Notes under the pieces: model-generated
The model's input: only the letters and a program-made list of their open reading frames with translations
What the model was told of the DNA's origin: nothing
Databases searched by the model: none
Assembly: GCA_963754875.1 (NCBI GenBank)
Contig: CAVWHO010000020.1
Location: 32,001 to 96,000 of the forward strand
Source: Nitrospirota bacterium
GTDB taxonomy: Bacteria > Nitrospirota > UBA9217
Direction: 5' to 3'
Length of the DNA stretch: 64,000 bases
Shown here: one piece after another, positions 34,154 to 44,069 of the stretch
Position numbering within the stretch: position 1 is the first letter of the stretch
Layout: each line of letters starts with the position of its first letter
Position numbers and translations under genes: made by a program

Positions 34154-34222
34154 GTGATTGAAAATTTTGTAATGGCCTCAAAATGGCCTGTACATGCTCT
34201 GCGCTTTCAAACCGCCTCAAGA

Positions 34223-34308
34223 CCCATCCCCACCCCGACCCTCCCCTTGAAAGGGAGGGAGAATTCATTTCTCCCCCTTCAAGGGGGAGACTGAAGAGGG
34301 GGATGGGT
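34223..34308. repeat. Intergenic member of the same palindromic family
   Basis: CCCATCCCC...CCCTCCC-cttgaaa-GGGAGGG...TCTCCCCC-ttcaa-GGGGGAGA...GGGGATGGG. Confidence 0.75.
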
Positions 34309-34437
34309 TTTCTGTGAATCGTCTATACTATTTTAAGACGACTAAAAAAATTATCACATCACATCGTACTTCACTATGATCGTCAAGTTTCTTTCCCGCA
34401 TGTTGTACTAACTCCAAATGTCCTATATACTATTCTT

Positions 34438-35931
34438 ATGACCATATCAAACTACAGTGACAAACAACACCGTTCCCTGTTGCAAAGGATCGCCCGTCGG
34501 GCGATGGTCGAGCGAGGGCTGCTTCCTGACTTCTCTCCCCAGGCGCTTACGGAACTTGACGAGATCCACGGACCTGCGACACAAACGGAAAAGGCCGTGC
34601 ACGATCTGCGGCACTTCCTCTGGTGTTCAATCGACAACGATGACTCGCGCGATCTGGACCAGTTGACCGTTGCAGAGACTATGCCGGACAAAAGTGTAAA
34701 GGTCCTCATTGCAGTCGCTGATGTCGACTCCCTCGTCAAAAGGGGATCGGCAATCGATGAGCACGCGCGCAAGAATACTACTTCAGTATATACTGCTGCC
34801 AAGATCTTTCCCATGCTGCCGGAAAAGCTTTCTACGGACCTTACGTCCCTCAACTTCGCGTCGGATCGGCATGCGATGATCGTCGAACTGGTTGTGAGCG
34901 AAGAGGGAGCGCTGCTCCGTTCCGACGTGTACGAAGCGCTTGTCCGGAACCATGCAAAGCTCGCGTACAACAGCGTTGCCGCCTGGCTGGAGAGCGCCGG
35001 TGCAATCCCGCCCGAGATACCTGCGGTCCCCGGCCTAGAGGAGAACCTCCGGATGCAGGACCGCGTCGCCCAGCAACTGAAGACGCGCAGGCACGAGCAC
35101 GGCGCGCTTACCCTTGAGACCGTGGAGGCGCGGCTGGTGTTCGACGCCGATGAATTGAAGGACCTTCAGGCAGAACGAAAGAACAGGGCTAAAGACATCA
35201 TCGAGGACCTCATGATCGCAGCGAACGGCGTGACAGCGCGCTTTCTCTCAGCCAAGGGCCTGCCGTCGTTCCGGCGCGTTGTCCGGACACCGAAACGGTG
35301 GGACCGGATCAGAGAGCTGGCCTCGGACCATGGCCAAACGCTTCCTGAAGAACCTGATGCGAGATCTCTTGAAGCGTTCCTCACCAAGGCGCAGGCTGCT
35401 GACCCGCTCCGGTTTCCCGATCTTTCCCTCGCAATCATCAAACTGCTTGGCGCAGGCGAGTACGCGCTGGAGGTACCGGGAGGCAGTACAGGCGGTCACT
35501 TTGGGCTTGCAGTCCAGGATTATTCCCACTCCACGGCTCCGAACCGGCGGTATCCGGACCTGATCACGCAGCGCTTGCTCAAGGCGGCCATAGCCGGTCA
35601 ACACATGCCGTACGAAAACGGGGAGCTGTCAGCATTGGCAACACACTGTACGGAACAAGAGGACGCGGCAAAGAAGGTAGAACGTCAGGTCAGAAAATCC
35701 GCAGCGGCAATGCTCTTGGAACACAGGATCAACGAGCAGTTCGACGCCTTCGTTACGGGCGCAGCGGAAAAAGGCACCTGGGTCAGGCTTCTCTCTCCGC
35801 CTATAGAAGGAAGGCTTACAAGCGGTTTTGAGGGCCTCGACGTGGGCCACAGGGTCCGCGTCCAGCTTATGAGTACGGATGTGGAACGCGGCTATATCGA
35901 CTTCAGGAGGGTCGGGGAAGGGAAGGCGTAA
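34438..35931 (+). CDS. RNB-domain exoribonuclease (RNase II/R family, short type)
   Basis: 'SIDNDDSRDLDQ' catalytic motif; 'HFGLAVQDYSHSTAPNRRYPDL'; C-terminal S1-like region. Confidence 0.9.
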   Translation: MTISNYSDKQHRSLLQRIARRAMVERGLLPDFSPQALTELDEIHGPATQTEKAVHDLRHFLWCSIDNDDSRDLDQLTVAETMPDKSVKVLIAVADVDSLVKRGSAIDEHARKNTTSVYTAAKIFPMLPEKLSTDLTSLNFASDRHAMIVELVVSEEGALLRSDVYEALVRNHAKLAYNSVAAWLESAGAIPPEIPAVPGLEENLRMQDRVAQQLKTRRHEHGALTLETVEARLVFDADELKDLQAERKNRAKDIIEDLMIAANGVTARFLSAKGLPSFRRVVRTPKRWDRIRELASDHGQTLPEEPDARSLEAFLTKAQAADPLRFPDLSLAIIKLLGAGEYALEVPGGSTGGHFGLAVQDYSHSTAPNRRYPDLITQRLLKAAIAGQHMPYENGELSALATHCTEQEDAAKKVERQVRKSAAAMLLEHRINEQFDAFVTGAAEKGTWVRLLSPPIEGRLTSGFEGLDVGHRVRVQLMSTDVERGYIDFRRVGEGKA

Positions 35932-36263
35932 GAGCAAAGAAGAAACAAATCAAATCCTGCTCAAAAAGAAATGTATGCCAAAACGCGGGCACAAACAGTA
36001 CCGCAGAGAAAAACTCAAAACAATGTTCTGGGTTAGAGCACTGTCCGTGTCGTTTCAAGGCGAAGACCCGGCATAGTTAATATGCGGTGCCGCCGGCCTG
36101 CGCCCGTAGCCCTCGCTGTTCTTTGGTTTTTTCTCCTGTTCGCCTATCGGAATAATTGATGCTATAATTTATGTATACAATCGAGTATTTCCCAGGAAAC
36201 CTGATTCGGTCGGTTGAATACCGAAACGAACCGAAAAAAGCAAAAGAAAGGTGATAGACGAGC

Positions 36264-36410
36264 ATGAAAAAAATTAGGATACTGATAATCGGTCTCCTGT
36301 TGGTCGTGTCCAGCGGTTGTTTTCCCGTTTTTGTGCCTGTCGACGGCGGCCACGGAGGACATGGGGAACACGAACGTGGTGGAGATCGCGATCGTGGCGA
36401 ACGCCATTAA
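36264..36410 (+). CDS. 48-aa lipoprotein with a Gly/His/Arg-rich tail (missing from the ORF track)
   Basis: MKKIRILIIGLLLVVSSGC-FPVFVPVDGGHGGHGEHERGGDRDRGERH*; AAGGTG RBS-like sequence upstream. Confidence 0.65.
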   Translation: MKKIRILIIGLLLVVSSGCFPVFVPVDGGHGGHGEHERGGDRDRGERH

Positions 36411-36548
36411 AGTGCTGCCGGGTTAGATCAGGGTCTATCTGTTTCACAGCGCATCTCGCATCTCGTTTCTCAAAAAAAGAACGCTGTTATTTCCCGTGCG
36501 AAATTCACGGCCCGCTGATCCACCTCGGACAAATACGCAGACAGTCTC

Positions 36549-36580
36549 GTAGGTCGGGTAGAGCAGAGCGAAACCCGACA
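36549..36580 (+). repeat. GTAG-type REP element
   Basis: GTAG-GTCGGGT...ACCCGAC. Confidence 0.6.
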
Positions 36581-36774
36581 CAATGATCCCAACCACGCCG
36601 AGCGGAACGCTGAGTAAAGAGGCTCTCCTTAAAAAATACCATTAAATAGCAAGAATTGGTATAAATCATTGCATCTCTCGCCGTGCCGGCAATGATACGT
36701 GAAATTGATGAGAAATAATGTTATAATGCGTTCAGCTGAAATGAGCGTAAATCTACTGAATTGGAGCTGGAGCC

Positions 36775-36996
36775 ATGATAAAACAACTTACAGCAATTAT
36801 TGAGCGTGAAGAGGGCGGATACGTATCTCTTTGCCCGGAATTTGATATCGCCAGCCAGGGCGATACAATCGAAGAGGCCCGCTTGAACCTTCGAGAGGCC
36901 CTTGAGTTGTTCTTCGAGACTGCATCCCCCAAAGAGATTCAGACGCGTATGCACGAAGAAGTTCACGTTACCAGAGTGGAGGTTGCGGTTGGGTAA
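36775..36996 (+). CDS. hicB: HicB-family antitoxin (short, no DNA-binding domain)
   Basis: 'YVSLCPEFDIASQGDTIEEARLNLREALELF'. Confidence 0.85.
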   Translation: MIKQLTAIIEREEGGYVSLCPEFDIASQGDTIEEARLNLREALELFFETASPKEIQTRMHEEVHVTRVEVAVG

Positions 36997-37211
36997 GCTT
37001 CGCATCCTTTCGGGGAAATTAGTTGCGACATCCTTGAGAAACGCGGTTTTATTCAGGTGCGTCAGCGTGGCAGTCATATTGTGATGCAGAAGCGATTGCC
37101 TGATACGACAATCACCGTACCCGTTCCAAATCATGCCGAGTTATGCATCGGCACACTTCACAATCCATCATCCGCCAGTCTGGTTTAAATAAATCTGAAT
37201 TCGGGTCCTGA
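36989..37211 (+). CDS. hicA: HicA-family toxin, frameshifts near 37020 and 37160
   Basis: Reconstructed as GKLRILSG..CDILEKRGFIQVRQRGSHIVMQKR...TVPVPNHAELCIGTLQSIIRQSGL; the catalytic GSH motif is present. Confidence 0.8.
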
Positions 37212-37269
37212 ATAGATTCCGACCAACGGATACATAGCGACGCGCCAGAGGCGGCGCGAAGAGGTTATC

Positions 37270-37992
37270 ATGGCCAAATTGCAGCAGAGGGAAGTCCTTT
37301 GCCAGATTTGCAAAGAACAAAAGAAAATGAGCGAAGTGTTTTCAGCGGATGTTGTCCGGGAGCCGATCGTCGAGAAGATTTTGGCGAACCACCCCGACTG
37401 GTCCTCGCAGGGTTTCATCTGTAAAGCCGACCTCAATCGCTATCGGGCAGAGTATGTCAAGGACGTCATCAAGGCGGACAAAGGCGAGTTGTCGGTATTG
37501 GATGAACAGGTCGTAAAAAGTCTGGAAGAGCAGGAACTTCTGTCAAAAAACATCAATGTTGAGTATGACCGGCAGCGGAGCGTAGGCGAGATCATGGCGG
37601 ACAGGCTTGCCGACTTCGGCGGCAGCTGGCTCTTTATCGGCATCTTCTGTGTGGTGCTGTTAGTATGGATAGTCATGAATTCCGCTGTCATGCTCATGAA
37701 GCCCTTTGATCCCTATCCGTATATATTTCTCAACCTGATCCTATCCTGTCTTGCCGCCATGCAGGCCCCTGTCATTCTCATGAGCCAGAACCGCCAGGAG
37801 GCGAGGGACCGCATTCAGGCGGAGCATGATTATCGTATCAACCTCAAGGCTGAACTGGAGATCCGCCACTTGCACGAGAAGATCGACCATCTTCTCATGA
37901 ATCAGTGGCAGCGGCTGATGGAAATCCAGCAGATCCAGATGGAGCTCATGGAAGAGCTTGCGCATAAAAAAGGGCGGGAACGGACGGAATAA
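37270..37992 (+). CDS. DUF1003 membrane protein
   Basis: 'ADFGGSWLFI', 'FDPYPYIFLNLILSCLAAMQAPVILMSQNRQ', 'INLKAELEI'. Confidence 0.9.
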   Translation: MAKLQQREVLCQICKEQKKMSEVFSADVVREPIVEKILANHPDWSSQGFICKADLNRYRAEYVKDVIKADKGELSVLDEQVVKSLEEQELLSKNINVEYDRQRSVGEIMADRLADFGGSWLFIGIFCVVLLVWIVMNSAVMLMKPFDPYPYIFLNLILSCLAAMQAPVILMSQNRQEARDRIQAEHDYRINLKAELEIRHLHEKIDHLLMNQWQRLMEIQQIQMELMEELAHKKGRERTE

Positions 37993-38287
37993 CGCTTTCT
38001 TGTGAGGTCTATGGTCAGCATTCCTGTACGTCGGTTTGAGCGTTGGTGTTGGACTGTGCCCTTCCTTGATGTGTTGCCAAAACAGGCATAATACTTATTT
38101 TGGCAGTATACTTATAGCCAGATAAACTCACTTGAAAGATCACTTACGCGGCAGTTCAAATGTACACTGTTGCGCTCACGCACGCGTTATTTTACACACT
38201 TTAGATCAAAGGTCATGGAGACTGGCGGCTGATGCGGGGGATGCACCGGCCGGTAATGAATCTGAGGCAGCTTGAAAGGAGGATCAT

Positions 38288-38437
38288 ATGTTGTGGACAA
38301 TCGCCGCGGTACTGATAATTCTGTGGTTGTTGGGGCTGGTGTCCGGCTATACGATGGGTTATTTTATTCACATCCTGCTGGTCATTGCCATCATCGTTGT
38401 GCTGGTCAGAGTCATTCGGGGACGAAAACCGTTTTAG
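38288..38437 (+). CDS. lmo0937-family small membrane protein (missing from the ORF track)
   Basis: MLWTIAAVLIILWLLGLVSGYTMGYFIHILLVIAIIVVLVRVIRGRKPF*; AGGAGG RBS. Confidence 0.85.
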   Translation: MLWTIAAVLIILWLLGLVSGYTMGYFIHILLVIAIIVVLVRVIRGRKPF

Positions 38438-38492
38438 ATCTCAAGTTCAGTACTAACAGGTCACATCATGATCACAAAAAGGAGTAATTGCC

Positions 38493-38807
38493 ATGAAAAA
38501 TAGAAATATTGTTATCCGAGGTTTAATGCTTCTTATGTTGATCTCCTTTTTTGCAGCCTGCGCATCCACTACTACACATGAGAGTACAGGTGAATACGTT
38601 GACGATTCGGTCATCACGGCCAAGGTAAAATCTCTGCTTGCAGCAGATGATTTTCTCAAGTCATTTCAGATCAACGTCAAAACCTACCAGGGAATTGTGC
38701 AACTGAGCGGGTTCGTTAATTCTCAGCAGACCGTTGATAAAGCGGGTGAGGTCGTAAAGAGCGTCAAAGGGGTAAAATCCATAAAAAATGATCTGATCAT
38801 GAAATAG
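38493..38807 (+). CDS. BON-domain lipoprotein (OsmY-like)
   Basis: Lipobox FAAC; 'STGEYVDDSVITAKVK...INVKTYQGIVQLSGFV'. Confidence 0.9.
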   Translation: MKNRNIVIRGLMLLMLISFFAACASTTTHESTGEYVDDSVITAKVKSLLAADDFLKSFQINVKTYQGIVQLSGFVNSQQTVDKAGEVVKSVKGVKSIKNDLIMK

Positions 38808-39072
38808 GCGACCGTTGTCCTTTTCCGGATGAAGCATTGCGGCCCTCGTCGGCCAGAATTCCAAAGTCCGTTATTTCGCTTGTGAACGCTGTTGAGTGGT
38901 GTAGAGCAGAGTCATCCAGAGCCGAAAACTCTTTTAGGCGAAGGGAGACGATGAATTCATCCCGGATAAACTCTCCTAAGCGTGTACGAGAGGCTACCCC
39001 GGGGAAGTCGTAATTGACGGCAAAAAGCGACAGAAGCAATACCGACCAGAAGAGTGAAGAAAGGTGTGAATC

Positions 39073-40953
39073 GTGGCTGAAGATAAGAAGGACGACAAAG
39101 GCAGTACCCCCAGTGTCTATTGGAGGTACCTTGCGGTATTTTTTGCTGTTTCCGTTTTAATGTATTTATGGGGCGGTTTTTTCAATAGTAACGCTCCCGC
39201 GCACACTACAATAAACTACAGCCAGTTTATGGAGCAGCTGAGCGCAGGCAATATCAAATCCGTTTCCATAAAAAAGGAATTGCTCAGCGGGGAGTTCGTG
39301 AAAGAGACGAGCGTCTTGCTCCCGGAAGAAAAGAAGCCCAGCCAGGTGAAATACTTCAAGACCGTCCTGCCTTCTTTCCAGGGGGAAGGGCTCCTGTCCC
39401 AGCTCAAAGAAAAGAATGTGAACATCACCATCGAATCCTCTGAACAAGGGGCGCTCTGGCAGATGGTGATAGGGTTCCTGCCCTGGTTATTGATCATCGG
39501 TTTCTGGATTTTCATATCGAAGCGGAATCAGCAGATCCAGGGAGGTCCCGGTGGCCTCTTTGCGTTCGGGGCAAGCAAGGCCAAGCTGTATGATGTGAAA
39601 AAACCGAAAGTGACCTTTCAGGACGTTGCCGGGATGGACAATGTGAAGATGGAACTGAGGGAGACCATCGAGTTCCTGAAAGATCCCTCCCGGTTCGAAA
39701 AGATCGGGGCAAAGGTCCCGAAAGGCGTGCTTCTGATCGGACCTCCGGGCACAGGCAAAACCCTTTTTGCTCGCGCAACCGCAGGCGAGGCCGCAGTGCC
39801 TTTTTACAGCATCAGCGCCTCGGAATTCATAGAAATGTTCGTAGGCGTCGGCGCCTCACGGGTCAGGGATATGTTCAAAAAAGCCAAGGAGACTCAGCCG
39901 AGCATCATTTTTATCGACGAGCTCGATGCGGTAGGACGTACGCGCGGAGCAGGGCTTGGAGGCGGAAGTGATGAACGGGAGCAGACGCTGAACCAGTTGT
40001 TGAGCGAGATGGACGGATTCAACCCTCATGAAGAAGTGATCGTCATGGCCGCGACCAACAGGCCCGATGTCCTGGACCCCGCGCTTCTCCGGCCGGGAAG
40101 GTTCGACCGTCACATCGTGGTAGACCGGCCGGGCTGGAAAGAACGGAAGGCGATCCTGGAGATCCATGTGAGGGGCAAGAAGCTGGCGCCTGATGTGGAT
40201 TTCGAAGCCCTGGCAAAGGGCACGCCGGGCATGACCGGCGCCGACCTCAAGAACCTCACCAACGAGGCCGCTTTGGTCGCCTTGCGGAAGAACAAAGAGA
40301 TGATTGACCGGATCGACTTTTTAGAGGCCGAGGACAGTATCCTGATGGGGGCCGTGAAGGAGTTGACCATCAGCGATCTGGAAAAACGGATAACCGCCTA
40401 TCATGAGGCAGGTCATACGCTCACGGCCTGGGAATTGCCCGGCGCTGATCCCATCTACAAGGTCAGCATCATCCCGCGCGGAATGGCGATGGGTGTTACG
40501 CAACTCCTGCCTGGAGAAGACCGGCACTATTATCCCCGTACCTATCTGATGAACAGGTTGAGCATCAACCTTGCCGGACGGGTTGCGGAAAAGATCGTGT
40601 TTAACGATATCAGCAGCGGCGCACAGAACGACCTGAAAGACGCGACCGCGCTTGCCGAGAAGATGGTGGCGCAGTGGGGCATGAGCGATAAGGTCGGTCC
40701 GGTAAATCTCGGCCGCGGCGAAGAACATCCGTTCCTGGGCAGGGAGTTGTCTTTGCCGAAGCGCTACAGTGAGGAGATGGCCTGGCTCATGGACCAGGAG
40801 ATCCAGAAAATCATCATTGATGCGGAATCACGGGCAACGGAAATATTGATCGGGAAAAGGCATACCCTTGACGCGCTCGCGGAAGCTTTGATGAAGGAAG
40901 AAATGCTGGAACGGGCTGATGTGGAACGGATAATAGAGGCTACGAAAGGATAA
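39073..40953 (+). CDS. ftsH: ATP-dependent zinc metalloprotease FtsH (probably an accessory paralog)
   Basis: Two TM helices; Walker A GPPGTGKT; Walker B IIFIDE; SRH '[19 protein letters not shown]'; HEAGH. Confidence 0.95.
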   Translation: MAEDKKDDKGSTPSVYWRYLAVFFAVSVLMYLWGGFFNSNAPAHTTINYSQFMEQLSAGNIKSVSIKKELLSGEFVKETSVLLPEEKKPSQVKYFKTVLPSFQGEGLLSQLKEKNVNITIESSEQGALWQMVIGFLPWLLIIGFWIFISKRNQQIQGGPGGLFAFGASKAKLYDVKKPKVTFQDVAGMDNVKMELRETIEFLKDPSRFEKIGAKVPKGVLLIGPPGTGKTLFARATAGEAAVPFYSISASEFIEMFVGVGASRVRDMFKKAKETQPSIIFIDELDAVGRTRGAGLGGGSDEREQTLNQLLSEMDGFNPHEEVIVMAATNRPDVLDPALLRPGRFDRHIVVDRPGWKERKAILEIHVRGKKLAPDVDFEALAKGTPGMTGADLKNLTNEAALVALRKNKEMIDRIDFLEAEDSILMGAVKELTISDLEKRITAYHEAGHTLTAWELPGADPIYKVSIIPRGMAMGVTQLLPGEDRHYYPRTYLMNRLSINLAGRVAEKIVFNDISSGAQNDLKDATALAEKMVAQWGMSDKVGPVNLGRGEEHPFLGRELSLPKRYSEEMAWLMDQEIQKIIIDAESRATEILIGKRHTLDALAEALMKEEMLERADVERIIEATKG

Positions 40954-40993
40954 CAAGAGTCACACCCATCCAGGCCTTATATAATGGACAGAC

Positions 40994-41027
40994 AAAAACT
41001 CAGAGGTTTTATTTCCTCTGAGTTTTT
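40994..41027. terminator. Bidirectional intrinsic terminator after ftsH
   Basis: AAAAACTCAGAGG...CCTCTGAGTTTTT. Confidence 0.75.
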
Positions 41028-41043
41028 CTGATTGATCCTCTTA

Positions 41044-41182
41044 CGGTGCGACCACGGTACGAGGTTTTCAGGGCTAGTTCGTTGATTAATAATTTGGCGG
41101 GAGAGCATGAAAATTCGAACTACTGTTTGCACTTAAATTATCAAAGAGTTACAGACCTTTGCGGTACGATCACGGTACGAGG
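41044..41182. mobile_element. att-like site 2 (attP-type layout: arm repeats, IHF, tRNA-Sec-like core at 41095-41120, IHF, arm repeats)
   Basis: CGGT(A/G)CGA pairs with an 11-bp period at 41044/41055 and 41162/41173. TATCAAAGAGTTA at 41139-41151 matches WATCAANNNNTTR exactly. A 1-mismatch copy lies on the minus strand at 41075-41087. Confidence 0.8.
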
Positions 41183-41422
41183 TTGAAAATATTCACGTTA
41201 CGCCCCCGATTTGAGTCACCCATTTGAAGGCGACCTGTCAACGGTAATTCTAATTATTCTTGCCGGGCAGTGAGACTGCAAAGTTCAGTATTCTAACGCG
41301 TTCCTAAGTAAGTATTTCTTGTATCGTATTCTGCAGGTCTATTCAAGATGCAGTTCAGAAGCATAAGTACGACTAATGTAGTGATGATTGAGTGGTTCGG
41401 CAAATGAATTGTTAATTTTGGA

Positions 41423-41454
41423 GCAATTGACAACAATTGCCGAAGAGCTAAAAT
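41423..41454 (+). promoter_or_regulatory. Putative sigma70 promoter with a palindromic operator over the -35 box
   Basis: TTGACA (41427) - 16 bp - TAAAAT (41449); palindrome GCAATTG-ACAA-CAATTGC. Confidence 0.45.
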
Positions 41455-41611
41455 TTAATTGGTGGCCGAAAAAGCATGGTGTTAGCGATCCGATAGAAGA
41501 AAAAAACAGTTTATAAAAAATGAAGAATGATTTTAAGATTCAATTAGAAATGGACTCCTGTAACGCAGGAAGTAACAATCGCTATCATCATAATATGCCG
41601 ATGGCAACATC

Positions 41612-42652
41612 ATGAAACAAATCCTCCAACGAGCAGCGGCTGGTTTTTATCCCGGCTATTTTTCTTTTGTCATGGCCACAGGCATTGTATCCATAGCCGC
41701 GTTGCTGCAGCGAATGGAAATGACGGCAGCGGCCCTTTTTATTCTGAATAAGATCGCTTATGCTGTTTTGATTTTTCTTATGGCCTTGCGAGGGCTGCTG
41801 TTGCCAAGAGAATTTGTATCCGACATGACAACGCCGGCCCGGGCGCCTGCACTGTTTACGATAACTGCCGGGACGTGTATTCTCGGCAGTCAATTTCTTA
41901 TTTTATCGGGATCGTTTCATGTTGGTTACTTCTTCTGGTCCGCTGGCTTATTCTTCTGGACGGTTCTCAGCTACGCATTTTTTACTGCGGTTATTATCAG
42001 GAAAGAAAAAACTACGGACGAGGGTGAGCTGAGCGGTTCATGGCTGATCTTTGCAGTCGGGACACAGGCTGCAGCTGTCGTCACCATCCTGCTCACACCT
42101 TACCTCGCCCGCGGGCAGGACGTTATGCTGCTGGTCGCATCGACCATGCACGGTGCGGGAATCGCACTCTATTTTATCCTCATTGTCCTTATAAGCCGCC
42201 GCATGATATTCTTTGAACTTGCTGCGGAAAAATTGATTCCAACCTACTGGATTAACATGGGTGCTGCCGCCATCAGCACACTGGCAGGGGCCGAACTCAT
42301 GCTGCACGCCCGCTTCTGGGGTTTTTTGCAGGAAGCGCTTCCCGCTCTCAGGTGGACGACGCTGGTGCTCTGGGCAGTGACGACCTGGTGGTTTCCCCTC
42401 CTGGTATTGCTCAACCTCTGGCGGTATGGATACAAGCGTTTTCCCATTGCCTACGACGTCGAACACTGGAGCATGGTTTTTCCGCTCGGCATGTATGCGG
42501 CATGCACGTTTCAATTCGGAGAAGCTGCAGGGCTACCAGCTCTTTTATCCATCTCCCGCTATTTGTTCTACCTTGCCCTGGCTGCATGGATACTGGTATT
42601 CACCGGTATGGTTGTCAGTCTGTTGCGAAAGTTCACTAATATCATCGCTTAA
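41612..42652 (+). CDS. TDT/SLAC1-family anion transporter (tellurite resistance/C4-dicarboxylate family)
   Basis: 'PGYFSFVMATGIVS', 'PTYWINMGAAAISTLAG', 'WSMVFPLGMY'; about 10 TM helices. Confidence 0.88.
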   Translation: MKQILQRAAAGFYPGYFSFVMATGIVSIAALLQRMEMTAAALFILNKIAYAVLIFLMALRGLLLPREFVSDMTTPARAPALFTITAGTCILGSQFLILSGSFHVGYFFWSAGLFFWTVLSYAFFTAVIIRKEKTTDEGELSGSWLIFAVGTQAAAVVTILLTPYLARGQDVMLLVASTMHGAGIALYFILIVLISRRMIFFELAAEKLIPTYWINMGAAAISTLAGAELMLHARFWGFLQEALPALRWTTLVLWAVTTWWFPLLVLLNLWRYGYKRFPIAYDVEHWSMVFPLGMYAACTFQFGEAAGLPALLSISRYLFYLALAAWILVFTGMVVSLLRKFTNIIA

Positions 42653-43096
42653 TGCTGGTTTCCCTTGCTGTACTTGAATTAGGTGTGAGAGGCCAAATTA
42701 AAGAAAGACAGCCATCCAGACCTATGAGGGGCAGACCACAGCCTCCTATATTGTAGGGTCCAAGCAGTAAAGCTGGTCTGTCATATACTTTAAAACTGAT
42801 GTTTAGCCCCTCCTGAACAAGATTAATGTCTGGTTCGCTGCTGAATAATCTGTTTGTTCAATAGGAAGTTTTCTGCGGAATAACGGGCTGCTTCTAATAG
42901 TGGTAAAATTTTAATTAAGGGCACAAAGATTCTGAGGTGTTTTCGTTCAACCTGTGTAATAAAAAAGTTTCGTAAAAACTCAACTCTCTTTGCCCCTTAG
43001 ATTCACAGCAACAAAAAAAATATTTACCGTGGATAAAGGAAAGCAGGTTATGAAAATGAAGTTATCACTGTACGACTTAATGAAAAAGGAGGCCTT

Positions 43097-43399
43097 ATGA
43101 TTTCAAAGTTACTTGTACCAATAGATGGATCAAAAGTATCGCATAAAGCCGCAAAATACGCGGTTGAACTCGCCAGGCAGACAGGCGCATCTTTGGCGCT
43201 GCTGAGCGTCATTGATAATCGCTTCGTCGTCGATCAGACAGTTTCAGCTTCCGCATCGCCGACCCATTTAAAAGAGTCTGTCGAAGATTATTTGAAGCAG
43301 TCAGCGCAATCTTTCACTGACGAGATAGCAAAAGTCTGCAAGCGGAATCGCATTCAATGCAAAGCTGTTATAAAGAAATGGACAAATATCGATGCATAG
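43097..43399 (+). pseudogene. Universal stress protein, C-terminally truncated
   Basis: The 'KLLVPIDGSKVSHKAAKYAVELA' N-terminus is present. The G-x-P...DLIVMG-x-x-G C-terminal part is absent and the sequence runs directly into rubredoxin. Confidence 0.7.
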
Positions 43400-43569
43400 T
43401 ATGTGGATACATTTATGATCCTGATATGGGCGAGCCTGACAACGAGATTCTTTCGGGCACCGGCTTTGAAAACGTGCCGGACACCTATGTTTGTCCTATA
43501 TGCGGTGCGCCCAAGGACCAGTTTGAAAAAGTAAACTGGAGGAGGATAAACGCATGGGTTATACAATAG
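43378..43569 (+). CDS. Rubredoxin
   Basis: [15 protein letters not shown]...[23 protein letters not shown]; the true stop may lie near 43535 if the A run is mis-called. Confidence 0.9.
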   Translation: MDKYRCIVCGYIYDPDMGEPDNEILSGTGFENVPDTYVCPICGAPKDQFEKVNWRRINAWVIQ

Positions 43570-43817
43570 TTGCGCTGAAGGCTAAGATTCTGGAGATGTA
43601 CCCCGAAATTGAAAAACAAGGCATCTCAGCGAGCCTAGAATTCAGCGAGCAGAAAAATGCCTATATTGTAAAGTTCAAAAAAGAGCAGCATGAACTTATA
43701 ACGTACCTTGAGAAAAAGGATGCCGACGATTGCATGGACGGCATTAAATGCGTATATCTCGGCGTACAGATCGGACAGTTCGTAAAAAACTTCGAAATTA
43801 GAGAAAAGGATTATTGA
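43554..43817 (+). CDS. Hypothetical protein (87 aa, C-x4-C near the C-terminus)
   Basis: GGAGGAGG RBS; plausible composition; co-oriented with neighbours. Confidence 0.65.
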   Translation: MGYTIVALKAKILEMYPEIEKQGISASLEFSEQKNAYIVKFKKEQHELITYLEKKDADDCMDGIKCVYLGVQIGQFVKNFEIREKDY

Positions 43818-43837
43818 AGTCAAGAGTGGAGTGAATA

Positions 43838-44015
43838 ATGCATAAACTGCTGATAGATTGGGACACCTGTATAGGCTGTGGTTCATGCGTTGCTATTTGT
43901 CCTGCCGTATTCGAACTCAGAGATGACGAAAAGCCGGGTTTACGGCCCGGACAAGTGCGATACCTGTAATTGTCAGGGGGCAATATACGTTTGTCCTACT
44001 CAAGCGATAATTTAG
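43838..44015 (+). CDS. Small monocluster ferredoxin, frameshifted near 43935 (missing from the ORF track)
   Basis: MHKLLIDWDTCIGCGSCVAICPAVFEL ... GPDKCDTCNCQGAIYVCPTQAII*. Confidence 0.75.
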
Positions 44016-44069
44016 ATCGAATATGAAGAAAGGCTGAAATCCGTTATCGAAAATAAAGGAGGATCCACC

